Notes under the pieces: generated by a model | Databases searched by the model: none | Told to the model about the DNA's origin: nothing | What the model saw: only the letters and a program-made list of their open reading frames with translations | Program-made: the position numbers and the translations under genes | DNA from: a virus | Virus record (IMG/VR): IMGVR_UViG_3300045988_175028 | Strand: one strand, 5' to 3' | Length of the DNA stretch: 64,000 nucleotides | Shown here: in pieces, positions 9,825 through 20,529 of the stretch | How positions within the stretch are numbered: the first letter of the stretch is position 1 | Layout of the letters: every line of letters starts with the position of its first letter

Positions 9825-11639
9825 TTATCCACATCTGCTCCAACCACAAGATTTACATATGACGCATCCGCCCTCTTGTATAAGTTCAGAACCGCACTCT
9901 GGACACTTAGCGCCATTATCAGTCTCTGGATTGAATGGGGGTCTACTCTCAGAGGTTGATATTTGAGAATTGGAATCTGCCAAGGCAATAATTGAATTTC
10001 CTTTCTCAATTCTTTCCTTCATCTCCTTCCACATTTCCATAAGGGCATTACCTACCGCCATAGGACAGCAAGCGCCCTTTGAAGTATCATGCTTTGTAGC
10101 AGTCCGAGAAGCATAACTTGGACAGGCGCCAGTACTTTGAAGCTGGTCGGCAATATCTTCAATTTTTACGCCACCGCGACAAGCTAGGGAAATCATTCGA
10201 GAAAGACCAACCATAAAGTTAGCACATCCACCGGTACTTCCTTTATTTAGATAAATCTCCATCAGGTCTCCCGTCTGGGGATCAAACCAGGCAGTACAAT
10301 GGAGAGAACCACAACCAGTAGTTAGGCGTCGCTTCATTCCAATTAGATTATCAGAGCAGCTAATGATTTCTCCACGAGGTAAACCTTTTTCTTCTTCTTT
10401 TTCTTGAGAGCTGTCGGTCGTTAGAATTCCAAGTCGCTTACAGCCATTTCTAAAAACAGTAATACCCTTTAATCCTTCTTTCCAAGCATTTAGGTAAATC
10501 TCTTCAACATCCTCAATAGTTGCCTCTTCTGGAAGATTCACCGTACTACTAATAGAAGCATCAATATGTCTCTGCCAAGCTCCTTGCATTAGGACTCTAT
10601 TTAGAGGAGAAATTGTTGATGAAGTACAAAACCAATTAGGAAGTTCAGCTTCATCTTTTATTCCATGTTCATCCATATATTCTTTTACAATTGGAGTATA
10701 TACCTTATAATATTCGTCATGACCATGAAGAGATTCAGTTTTTCGAGTGTAGGAGTTAGCAAAAATTGGTTCGATTCCTCCACTAATCCCCAACATCGTA
10801 GAAATAGTACCAGTTGGCGCGATTGTCAGTAATTGACTATTACGAAGACCATAAGCTTCTATTGCTTCTCGTGTACTCTCACAAGTGTTATTTTTTAGAA
10901 AACCACTTTTTTGAACGCAAGATTTATAATTATCATAAGACCCATTATGCCCAGCAAGAAAAGCCGAAGTATATAAAGCTTGGTCAGCCATTACTAGGCC
11001 GATTCTTTCACATAAATGTCGAGCTTGTTCTGAGTCATAGGGAAGTTCCATTTTTATAAGCATATCTGCCAAACCCATAATTCCGAGACCTATCTGACGC
11101 CAATCTGCGACGGATTGCCTCTGTTCTCTTAATGGATGCAGAGGAAGCCCTTCTTCTAATACTTCATTTAAATAAATAATACCATGAGCTACCGTTTCAC
11201 CAAAATCGTCAAAATCAAACTCTTTATCTTTTACAAAAGCAGAGAGATTTATACTTGACAAGAGACAAGAACCTCCCGCAGGAAGGGGCTCCTCCGCACA
11301 AGGGTTGACTCCTGCATATTCAAAAGTATCATCAAACTCAAGTAGATTATAATTGGAAATAGTATCCCAAAAAAGAATTCCAGGTTCTCCCCAATCCCAA
11401 TTATTTTTACATAACTTTTCAAAAATCTCTCTAGCTTTAGCTGTTTTTGTGATAGTTTCGTTAGTTTCTGGACGAGTAAAAGACATTACCCAATCCTTAT
11501 CATTGATTACCGCTTCCATAAAATCATCAGTCACACGAACAGAAATATTCGCTTTAGTAACAGCATCCGGAGAAGTCTTTATATCAATAAAGTCTAAAAG
11601 GTCAGGATGATGGCAGTCTAAGCTAATCATTAATGCCCC
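9825..11639 (-). CDS. nrdJ: ribonucleotide reductase (class II/NrdJ-like), exon 2
   Basis: Begins GALMISLDCHHPD, which continues exon 1 ...GQAGRR. NPCAEEPL, TIAPTG and a C-terminal CPECG...CKSCG Zn-ribbon. Confidence 0.75.
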   Translation of the reverse strand, partial: GALMISLDCHHPDLLDFIDIKTSPDAVTKANISVRVTDDFMEAVINDKDWVMSFTRPETNETITKTAKAREIFEKLCKNNWDWGEPGILFWDTISNYNLLEFDDTFEYAGVNPCAEEPLPAGGSCLLSSINLSAFVKDKEFDFDDFGETVAHGIIYLNEVLEEGLPLHPLREQRQSVADWRQIGLGIMGLADMLIKMELPYDSEQARHLCERIGLVMADQALYTSAFLAGHNGSYDNYKSCVQKSGFLKNNTCESTREAIEAYGLRNSQLLTIAPTGTISTMLGISGGIEPIFANSYTRKTESLHGHDEYYKVYTPIVKEYMDEHGIKDEAELPNWFCTSSTISPLNRVLMQGAWQRHIDASISSTVNLPEEATIEDVEEIYLNAWKEGLKGITVFRNGCKRLGILTTDSSQEKEEEKGLPRGEIISCSDNLIGMKRRLTTGCGSLHCTAWFDPQTGDLMEIYLNKGSTGGCANFMVGLSRMISLACRGGVKIEDIADQLQSTGACPSYASRTATKHDTSKGACCPMAVGNALMEMWKEMKERIEKGNSIIALADSNSQISTSESRPPFNPETDNGAKCPECGSELIQEGGCVICKSCGWSRCG

Positions 11640-12626
11640 CAATATGGACTATATCTTATTTTATTTTGAAAATAAAACTCGGGCGCTACTGTGGTCTTAT
11701 TGTTTCCTCAACCACTAGTCTCTACACGTTCCATCAACTTCTTAGTTGAAATTGATAGCTTCGCTCGGGGTTGTTGGGCGTTCCCCGAATTCACCCAATT
11801 CAAGACGCAGGGCATTCGCTTTATTATATTTTCTTTTTAGAATAATAAAATTATCATCAGGATAAATAAAATTTAGAAATTTTAGTACATCTTTTTTATT
11901 GGCAAATTCTAAGACAAAACAATTTTCGTTTGCTTTTGGCCGAATAATTGTTGAAATGGCGCATTGTTTTAGTAAAATTTGTTGAATACCTGTTAAAACT
12001 TTTAATGATGAAGTAAAAGAAATTTTCTGCCAAATTCTGTTTCTATCTTTTCGTAGTCCCCAGGTCAAACACCCATCTCCATCAAAGAACCCTTGCACCA
12101 AATATCTTTCTAAATTTTTAGAGATAATTGGACAATGTTTATTTTCTTTTGAGGAACAATGTTTATTAAAATCAATAACCAAATCTGAATTGCCAATAGT
12201 GATTCTTGCTCGTGGAAATCGTCTTGCTTCTGGTTTATATGTTAAGTCTTCTCTATAATTAGCTCCAATATAATTAGCAATAAATTGTAATATTTCTTTA
12301 TCATCTAAGCAACATCCAAATTCGATAGAATTATTATTGATGTATCCATCTGCTAACGCATATCCAATAATGTAAGCTTTTTTTGGAGTATCAATTTTAT
12401 TGAACATCTTTGGGTCTTTGTATTTGGGCTTAGCATATTTAGACTTATCATTTAATTTATATTTACTAATCCAATAGCCAACTGTTGACTTACTTTTTCC
12501 AGTAAGTTGAGCAATTTCACGATGAGTTAATCCATCTTCTAAATATTTTTCTAATAATTCTTTATTCATTTAAGAAGCCTCCTACTCTATATATTTTCGA
12601 AAACTTATAATTTATTAAGCGATTTT
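11640..12626 (-). mobile_element. group I intron in the RNR gene
   Basis: 5' exon ends in U (CGU|AAAAUCG). Intron ends ...AUAAGAUAUAGUCCAUAUUG| with the conserved AAGAUAUAGUCC element (11646-57) pairing to GACUAG (11715-20). Carries a LAGLIDADG ORF. Confidence 0.85.
11742..12569 (-). CDS. LAGLIDADG homing endonuclease (intron-encoded) with N-terminal HTH
   Basis: IIGYALADGYI and VQGFFDGDGCL motifs. Confidence 0.85.
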   Translation of the reverse strand: MNKELLEKYLEDGLTHREIAQLTGKSKSTVGYWISKYKLNDKSKYAKPKYKDPKMFNKIDTPKKAYIIGYALADGYINNNSIEFGCCLDDKEILQFIANYIGANYREDLTYKPEARRFPRARITIGNSDLVIDFNKHCSSKENKHCPIISKNLERYLVQGFFDGDGCLTWGLRKDRNRIWQKISFTSSLKVLTGIQQILLKQCAISTIIRPKANENCFVLEFANKKDVLKFLNFIYPDDNFIILKRKYNKANALRLELGEFGERPTTPSEAINFN

Positions 12627-13070
12627 ACGTCTTCCGGCTTGACCAATCTCTTCAGTCGTTTGGCTATATCCCTGCATAAAACTTACCGCGCCGGTGGTTT
12701 GTTCTGCTTGATTATGAACCTTTGCTCCTGCGGGGGCTAATTTAGAAAGGTCAATTCCACAGCCACCACCATAAGAATAAGTTCGAGCTAATTTTTTGCG
12801 ACTTTCAAAAATAGATTCGATATTATCTTCTGGAGGAGTAATAACATAACAATTACTATAAGTTACTCGTGTATCAGTGATTCCCCGATTGCTAAGAATT
12901 CGTCCGCCAGGAATGAACTTTTTTTCAATAATTAGTGCTTTTATTGCTTCATTATTTCCACTAACTCTATCTAACCATTTATCAAATGATTCTTCGTTTT
13001 TACGGTATTTTCTCATCCAAATATCAATACCAAGCAAGTTATCTTTTCCTAGCCATTGCTCTACTGTCAT
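12627..13070 (-). CDS. nrdJ: ribonucleotide reductase, exon 1
   Basis: FIPGGRILSNRG, SNCYV, SYGGGCGIDLSKLAPAG and GAVSFM motifs. The frame runs into the intron (KIA*) after GRR. Confidence 0.75.
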
Positions 13071-13261
13071 TTATTTTCCTCCATATCACAAAACTCACAA
13101 TATCCTCCAACAAAATGATGTTGGCATTGAGATTGATAGTTTTTGTTCTCTCGTAGAAGGCGCGCAACCTCATTATTTAGAGTAAACTGATTAGGCGTGA
13201 GAAGCGTATTGATAAGTTGATTATTCAAATCAATAGCTCTTCGAATTTCAATTTGAGTCAT
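13067..13261 (-). CDS. hypothetical small Cys/His protein
   Basis: CQHHFVGGYCEFC. Overlaps neighbours. Confidence 0.45.
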   Translation of the reverse strand: MTQIEIRRAIDLNNQLINTLLTPNQFTLNNEVARLLRENKNYQSQCQHHFVGGYCEFCDMEENK

Positions 13262-14399
13262 TTATAATTTTCCTCCCATCAAAAATTACTTTTCTCCATT
13301 CATAAAACATTCTAAAGGCTTCATAGTTATTGAATCTAACATATTGAAAAGCATCCCTGGCTTCTTGGGTAGAAGGCCATCTTCGCTGATATTTTGCTCG
13401 CCAGCATTTCCAAGGATCTTGATGTTTAGCTATCCATTTACAATAATCAACGATTCTATCTGCTTTATAATTATAGTATTTTGACCTTATAAACCAATTC
13501 AAGACTTCAAAAAGATTTTGTAATTCAGGAGTTGTGATTAGTGTGTCATTATATATAAGTGAAATTTTTATCCAATGTCTATGGAAAAATAGAACTTGAG
13601 GAAGAATTAAAGGCAAGCGATTCATCAAAAAGTCATTCTCATCCTTACAACCTTCATCAACTTTATAAGACATTTGACTTGTTCCTAAATCCCATAAGTA
13701 TCTCATTTTATCACATAAGACGTCATCCATAAAATTATTATATTGTATTCCAAAAACATCTTCCATAATAGGTAGTCGTAACCATTTTAGTAGTTCTTCC
13801 TCCGAAGATACCTGTATAGGAAATTTAGTTCCAAGTGAATATGGTTTTACAGTATTGCTATTTAGATTATTCCGAGAATACAACCAGTCTTTTATAAAAT
13901 CATAAGCGCCATCAACAGCACCAGCATCGTAATCGTGAAGAATAAGACATCTTGTGTTTTGAAACATATAGTCTTCTTTTTTTAGCCAAGGGTCTATATT
14001 TTTCCCATCAATTGAAAGACGAATATGCGCGCTCCATAAAATTCTCTTGAAAAGGCGCGCATCATCCTTTATACGGCAAAAATTAGGAGAATGACGCTCA
14101 TAGATTGAAAAATCAGGAATAGTTTGTTCGATTTCAAGAGGAAGAGGTTTATATGGACCTGGCTGTATCGCACGCCCTCCAAGAATTATCTTATCATCAA
14201 ATAACTCTCGTGGATAAATTCCATCATCATAATCTTTTCTTACATAAAGAGTAGAGAAGCGTTCTGGCGCCAACTCTGGTGCCAGAACGGAAATTTCTCT
14301 TTTTTTCTTATGATAAGCACAAAGTTTCGCACATTCAAGATTAGGGAGGACATTTTGGTAAGTAAAAAAATCGTAATCATGTACTCCAATTATTCCCAT
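13248..14399 (-). CDS. hypothetical protein
   Basis: 383-aa ORF. ATGA overlap with the polymerase stop. Confidence 0.6.
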   Translation of the reverse strand: MGIIGVHDYDFFTYQNVLPNLECAKLCAYHKKKREISVLAPELAPERFSTLYVRKDYDDGIYPRELFDDKIILGGRAIQPGPYKPLPLEIEQTIPDFSIYERHSPNFCRIKDDARLFKRILWSAHIRLSIDGKNIDPWLKKEDYMFQNTRCLILHDYDAGAVDGAYDFIKDWLYSRNNLNSNTVKPYSLGTKFPIQVSSEEELLKWLRLPIMEDVFGIQYNNFMDDVLCDKMRYLWDLGTSQMSYKVDEGCKDENDFLMNRLPLILPQVLFFHRHWIKISLIYNDTLITTPELQNLFEVLNWFIRSKYYNYKADRIVDYCKWIAKHQDPWKCWRAKYQRRWPSTQEARDAFQYVRFNNYEAFRMFYEWRKVIFDGRKIINDSN

Positions 14400-15856
14400 T
14401 ACTGTTCAATCCTCCCTTGACTTTCTACTGTGCCGTCTTTGTTTATTTTTGTGATTAGCTCAATGCCATGATAAGGAGTATTCTTATATTTTTTCATAAC
14501 GAATTCGTTATCTCTCCTGATGCCTGTAATAATAATTTTGTTTCCTCTACTGAAGATACTTTTTTCAATGACGTGTTTTTTGCCATCGGCACCCCGTTCG
14601 CTAATTTGTTTGTCATAATAAGAAAAGACTTCACCAAAAACTCTTACATTTACGACTCCCTCTCTAGTCAAAACCGTTACCATTTTTTTGCTCTTATCTC
14701 TATCAAGAACAGTACCACAAATGCGATGAATCTTAAAAAGTGGGATTTTCTTTCCTTTTATTTCAATTATTCTATCAATTTCAGGCTGTTCGTTTAGTTC
14801 AAAGAAGTTTGAAAAACCACATAGTCGATAATTGACATCTTGAAGTTCGTGCTGATGAAAATAACAAGAAACGCTGTCCATCTCCCATTTACTAATAGAC
14901 CCAAGACAATATTTATTCCAAACATCAGACATTAGCCTATTATTTACATCATTTAGTAATAATTGGTTATTATCTTTTATGAAAGGACGAATAATATCCA
15001 TCTGAGCTTTATAAATTTTATCCCACTTGGTTTGAGGAATCGCAAATCCACTTTCAGTGTCATAAGGTTCTAGAAAATCAACATCAAAATTCTTTTCATA
15101 AAAGTTCATTGTGATGTTATCTAATCCATAATACTGAGTTCCTACTTTCATCTTTTTTAGATATTTATTGAAATTGAAGACCCGTCTTTGAAGGTCATAC
15201 TCATCAGGAATCAAACCAAAATCAATCAACATCTTCATATTTTGGAGAGTTATCCGTTTTTTCGTATCACTGATTTCTGAGACATAATATTGCATTAAAC
15301 TCTCTCTATTACTAAATTCATCAAAAGCACCAGCTTTTATAAGATTTATCATTTGAGGCTTGTTGATTTTTACTTTTGAGAGAAAATCATCAATTGAGGA
15401 GTAGGGGCGATTTTCAATTATTGATTTTACAATATCTTCGCCTACTTTTACAATTCCGCTCATACCAAAACGAATTATTGACTTTTCTACATCGGGAGAG
15501 AAAGTATAGGTAGATTTGTTTATATCTGGCGGCGCGACATCAATTCCCGACATCTTCATTTTTCCAATGGCAGAGCTAATTTTTCCATAATTTGTGGTTT
15601 TAGTTTTTTTCTTTTTCTTTTTCTCTTTTACGACTTCTTCATCATCTTCATCATCGTCGTTATCATCCTCAAATTCTTCTATACAATCAACATAAGTTTC
15701 TTCAATAGTATCATCTTCCTCGTCTTCTTCTACTCCTTCATTTCCTCCACTATCGCTAATAAGACAAGCGCAATTCCAAAAAATAATCGGAAATTGATAG
15801 GCTAAATTCATTTCTTGAAGAGCGATTAGCGAATAAGCCAAGGTATGTGATGCATT
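14399..15856 (-). CDS. dnaE: DNA polymerase III alpha-like, last exon
   Basis: Starts NASHTLAYSLIALQ, completing the GYGF|N(K)SH motif. Acidic linker and OB-fold-like C-terminus. Confidence 0.8.
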   Translation of the reverse strand, partial: NASHTLAYSLIALQEMNLAYQFPIIFWNCACLISDSGGNEGVEEDEEDDTIEETYVDCIEEFEDDNDDDEDDEEVVKEKKKKKKTKTTNYGKISSAIGKMKMSGIDVAPPDINKSTYTFSPDVEKSIIRFGMSGIVKVGEDIVKSIIENRPYSSIDDFLSKVKINKPQMINLIKAGAFDEFSNRESLMQYYVSEISDTKKRITLQNMKMLIDFGLIPDEYDLQRRVFNFNKYLKKMKVGTQYYGLDNITMNFYEKNFDVDFLEPYDTESGFAIPQTKWDKIYKAQMDIIRPFIKDNNQLLLNDVNNRLMSDVWNKYCLGSISKWEMDSVSCYFHQHELQDVNYRLCGFSNFFELNEQPEIDRIIEIKGKKIPLFKIHRICGTVLDRDKSKKMVTVLTREGVVNVRVFGEVFSYYDKQISERGADGKKHVIEKSIFSRGNKIIITGIRRDNEFVMKKYKNTPYHGIELITKINKDGTVESQGRIEQ

Positions 15857-16968
15857 CTTTACCACTCATGGTTTCCCATGCCGATTAAATCGTTGTGGTC
15901 TGGACTATACCATCATCCTTATCTAATAAGGCGTCACTATTATAGTCTCTGAACGTCTTTCTTAAATAATTATACTTTCTATTCATTCCAAAAGGTCTAT
16001 TATAAACAATTGCGATTAACTTTAATATATTATACTGATTTGCAGTTTCAATTCTATACAAACCGCTTTCAGACATTCTAATTGCGATATCATCCATGAA
16101 GAAATTATTTTTTAACACTTCTGTAATCCACATGGCAAAATCTTTAGACATCGTGCATATATAAAATTGCGCGCCGCCATAGGAAGTTTTAGAAACACAA
16201 CCATCACCGTCAATTATTCCTCGAATAATATAAGGTAAAAATTGTTTTTCTTCATCAAGAAGTTTTGGCGTTGGCAGAATAATTGATTTATTTGGAACAA
16301 TACCAAAACGTTCAACTTGTTTTGATATGCCAGGTATTGTAATTAAAACTCTATACCTGGTTTTGTGGATTCCATCATTATAACTTTTATAGTCAGTGCC
16401 AATCGTTTTTGCCACAAAGCTTATCGCGTCTTCGTCTGTCATATCTAATCCTAATCCATCTCTATCACTTAACACATATCCATCTGTTAGTAATAAACCA
16501 ACAAAATAAGCATCAAATGGAGAAGTTAATTTTTCTAAGGAGTAAACATAACCCCTGCGACTGTTTTGTGCCTCTTTTATTATTTCTTCATAATTCTCTG
16601 GATAATATTTTTTTACTTTGTCCGTTATTGATTTTTTGGTTTTATAACCATACTTATTCATTAGTTCTATAACGGAGGTCCCTTGTTTATATTCTTCAAC
16701 CAATTGTAGTTCTTGTTCTTTGGATAATTTTTTATATCCCATTGTATCTCACCTCTAATTATAAGTAACCTTTGAGATGAGAAAGCATATCATTTTAAGA
16801 AATTTCGCTGCGGATTATCCAATCTTTAATAATTTTACCATACCCGCACTTTTTCTGCGCGGCCGCTATATACGTTACCGTTACAGTTTGGTTATTAAAG
16901 CTCTAAGGAACTTCCCGCAATTTAAGTGATTTTTAACTATATGTTACCATATAGGGCTTCAATATTCT
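15857..16968 (-). mobile_element. group I intron in the polymerase gene
   Basis: P1: exon GGCUUU pairs with intron GAAGCC, with U.G at the splice site. P2: CUAUAUG-GUAA-CAUAUAG. AAUUGCGGGAAG...UCCGCAG forms P3. Intron ends ...GGUAAAG|AAU. Confidence 0.85.
15885..16742 (-). CDS. LAGLIDADG homing endonuclease (intron-encoded)
   Basis: FVGLLLTDGYV and IRGIIDGDGCV motifs. Confidence 0.85.
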   Translation of the reverse strand: MGYKKLSKEQELQLVEEYKQGTSVIELMNKYGYKTKKSITDKVKKYYPENYEEIIKEAQNSRRGYVYSLEKLTSPFDAYFVGLLLTDGYVLSDRDGLGLDMTDEDAISFVAKTIGTDYKSYNDGIHKTRYRVLITIPGISKQVERFGIVPNKSIILPTPKLLDEEKQFLPYIIRGIIDGDGCVSKTSYGGAQFYICTMSKDFAMWITEVLKNNFFMDDIAIRMSESGLYRIETANQYNILKLIAIVYNRPFGMNRKYNYLRKTFRDYNSDALLDKDDGIVQTTTI

Positions 16969-19488
16969 AAAGCCATAACCTTTACTCGTACAAACTAACA
17001 CATTCCAAACATACTTACAGAATTTTTCATCCAATCCTTTTTCTTTTATAATCCTGAAATATTCATCTTGTAATTCAAGAAAAGCTTTAGGATTTTTCTT
17101 TGCGATAGATTTTCTTAGCTTATCTGCCCAGGTAAGGCTGAAGCCTCCGCACTCAGGCAACTGAACTAACTCCATAAATTTTTCCTGAGACTCACAGATA
17201 CCATAAGAAATCTTTACTACTGGCTCAAGAATTTTCATTTCTTCTTTGGTAAGACCGTAATTCTCCATTTCTTTATACCACAAAGAAATATCATTTTTGA
17301 AACGAGCAAACTTATTTAGAGGTTGCTCGGCTCCTTTTTCTTGAGCCATCAAACGAATTACAGAATTCAAAACAGCCAAGTCATCTACTGATTGAGGATG
17401 AGTTAGCGCGATGCCACTAATTCCACTTTGCTTTTCCATTTGGAATAAGCTGGTGATTTTATGGTCCCATACCATCTTCCACATATCCGGTGCTGTTCGT
17501 TCTAAATTATAAATACCAATAACGCTTTCGTAGGTTTCTTTTAGAGTATCTTTCTTTTTAACATATCCATAATCAACTAGTAAATCTAGACAGTTATGAA
17601 TTTTATCCAACGCTTCTACTGATAATAAATCATACTTGATAAGTGATACATCCTCACACGCATGAAGGTCAAAAGCCGTAATGATGGTTCCATCTGGCGC
17701 GCGCATGAGTCCGGTTGAATTAGTAAAAGGTTCATCCACAAAGATTACTCCACCAGCATGGATTCCATACCCACAAATTAGTCCTTCAATTTTTTGAGCG
17801 ACTTCCCAAACTTCAGGATAATTCTCTGTCATTTCATATACAAATTGTTTGATTGGCTTCCAATCATTTTCAGTATCACCATACATACATTGAGATAAGG
17901 TTCGTAGCAATCCACGGTCAGAGGGAATCAATGAGGCTAGATAAGAAGCAATATCAACATCCACTCCCAAACCACGACAAGCCGTAAGAATTGCAGATTT
18001 AGACTTTTCTTGACGAAAAGTGGCAACATTTGAAACTCGATTATCTCCATAGACTTTTCGTAAATGATTTAGGACTTCTGCACGCCGGCCACCCTCAATA
18101 TCTACATCTACATCAAGTACTGAAACTCGATCTGGATTCAGAAATCTCCATCTAAAAGTTTTGGTAGTCTCTTGTAGAGGATTGATTTGAGTTATATTCA
18201 AAAGATAAAGTAGAATAAAACCTACTCCTGAACCTCTTCCTGGTCCAACCAACGTACCAGCTTTCCAACATTCCTCAATAATTCTTTGAAGATTTAGATA
18301 ATAGGCTGACCAATGTGCTTTATTTACATTAGAAGAAATCCATGTCATTTCAAGACAAGCATTGACCTCATCCCAAGTCTTTTGATTCCATAATTCTTGA
18401 GGCCCATCTTCTAGTGCCTCAACAATCATGCAAGCCAAAGCTCTATCACCTATATAATCAGACTCCACGAATGTTTTCAGATAAGGAATTCTTTCTATCC
18501 AACAATTTTGAACATAACTAATTTTAGGTTCTTTCCAAGGAAGCTGAGGAATATATAAAGGCTTTAGAAGACTATAATCCTCACACATATCTTTTATTTT
18601 TAGGATATTCCTATATGCTATTTGTAATTGCTCTTGTGAAAAATATCCAAAATAACTTTCGAGTTCTTCGGTATCCATTAGATAAGTCGTGGCATAGAAA
18701 TCATCTACTTCTCTATCACCATTCTGGGCATTTAGATAAGCTTTATGAATTGTTCTGTCTTCTTTCTTGAGATAGTGTGTATCCGTTGTGATAATATAAG
18801 GAATTTCAAACTCATTCGATAACTCAAAAAGTTTTTTATTGACGTAAATTTGGTCTTTATTATTACTGGGTTGCATTTCAAAAAAGAAATTTCCATGGCC
18901 AAATAAATTATCCATTTGGCTTATCCAGTTATAGATTTTTGGCATCAATTCTGGATTATCTTTTGCTTTTAGAAGTTGAGTGGGGAGACACCCTCCAAGG
19001 CAGGCTGTCGAGCCAATTACATGACCAGGTTCTGCGCCAATAATTTCAAATAAGTCATTATAATAAGTCGGAACTCGACGCATTCCTCGCGCCATATAAC
19101 TTCTCAACCAAGCGCGAGTAGAAATTTCACGAATCTGCTTATGACCAATAGCATCTTTGGCTAATAAGATAAAGTGATAGTATTTATCTTGTCCAGCTTT
19201 ATAATTTGAAGCATTGAGTCCATTTCGACAAAGGTAAATTTCATTTCCCTGAATGACTTTAAAGTTAGGATGCTTTTCTTTTATTTTTTTATAATATTTT
19301 TCAATTCTAACAGCTCCAGAGATACAATCGTGGTTAGTAATGGCTACCACTTCATGTCCCAGCTCAATGGCATAATCAATTAGGTCTTCAACTTTTATAA
19401 TACAATCGCGCAGTCGAAGATTTGAGGTCTCATCATGATTATGAATTAACTAATGTAAACTACCAGGATAATCCAGGATAGTTTTCAT
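16969..19488 (-). CDS. dnaE: DNA polymerase III alpha-like, upstream exon (PHP plus core), with an in-frame TAG at codon 13
   Basis: HNHDETS...AITNHD PHP motifs, then polymerase core up to ...SKGYGF. The only RBS+ATG is at 19488. TAG at 19450-52 is in frame. Confidence 0.7.
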
Positions 19489-19494
19489 TTTTCA

Positions 19495-20199
19495 TCACCT
19501 CTTTCTAAATTCATCACGAACATTGGCTTTATAATTATGTAAATATTTCCAAGTTCTACATCTATTTATATCATATAGTATATTTAAACTAATATTCTCA
19601 TCTCTTGATATTTGAGCTAATGAACGAGAGTCTTTTTCCAATAAGGCTATTATATATTTCGCTTTTTCTTCAGTAATTTTATTAGTTCCTAATTCACCCC
19701 GGCGAACGCTTCCTTGACTTTCTATTCTTATATTTTTCTTATAATGATGAAACCAAATCCAAGTATTGCATCTATTGATATCACTAATAGTATTATAATG
19801 AACCTTATACTGCCTTGCTATTTCTTGTATAGATAATTTTGTATTTTTTAATTTTTCGATAATCTCAAGGACTTCTTTTTCAGTAAGTTTCGCCCAAGGA
19901 TTTTCTTCACTTTTATACTCTTCTCCACCACGAGTTAAATTATATCCTTTTTCTCTTGAAGAATAACTTTTATAATATTCTATCCAATACTTTTCTCTTT
20001 CTTGCAATTCTTGAGGTTCACATTCTTCTATCACTTCAAAAGTAAAATCTTCTTCTCCTAATTTATGAAGTTCTTGGTCAAAATAAGAATATGGTGATGG
20101 CTGATTTAGATGAGCCCATTTTCTTTTTGTAATATCAGTACTTCTCCCTATATATATTTTGTTGTTTTGTTTATTTGTATATTTATATATACCTACCAT
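19495..20199 (-). CDS. GIY-YIG homing endonuclease (free-standing or intron-borne)
   Basis: VGIYKYTN...KIYIGRS...KRKWAHL plus repeated HTH-like modules. Confidence 0.8.
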   Translation of the reverse strand: MVGIYKYTNKQNNKIYIGRSTDITKRKWAHLNQPSPYSYFDQELHKLGEEDFTFEVIEECEPQELQEREKYWIEYYKSYSSREKGYNLTRGGEEYKSEENPWAKLTEKEVLEIIEKLKNTKLSIQEIARQYKVHYNTISDINRCNTWIWFHHYKKNIRIESQGSVRRGELGTNKITEEKAKYIIALLEKDSRSLAQISRDENISLNILYDINRCRTWKYLHNYKANVRDEFRKR

Positions 20200-20205
20200 T
20201 TCTTT

Positions 20206-20499
20206 TTATTCACCAACTATATGACAAGTTTTATTTGGAAATACACTCTTTATTCTAAGTCTATCATCATGTTCGGCTACATCAAAAAATCCCCATCCCT
20301 TATGCAAGCTCATTACTCCTACAATTCTCCAAGGATCTTCGTCAATCAAATAATAAAGTTCGTCTATTTGGATTTTTTCATAAATATCCTCATTTTCAAA
20401 AAGAATATAATTTTCAATTTCCTCTAAGGATTGAAGAGTATTAGGAAGTGAAGCAACTAATTCTTTTGTAAAATTCTCAATTTTATAAATTCCTATCAT
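20206..20499 (-). CDS. hypothetical protein
   Basis: AAAGGAGG RBS directly downstream of a consensus promoter. The tail (...SLH...HDD..RLR) loosely echoes the polymerase N-terminus. Confidence 0.55.
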   Translation of the reverse strand: MIGIYKIENFTKELVASLPNTLQSLEEIENYILFENEDIYEKIQIDELYYLIDEDPWRIVGVMSLHKGWGFFDVAEHDDRLRIKSVFPNKTCHIVGE

Positions 20500-20529
20500 T
20501 TACAAACCTCCTTTTTATTTTCTATATAT

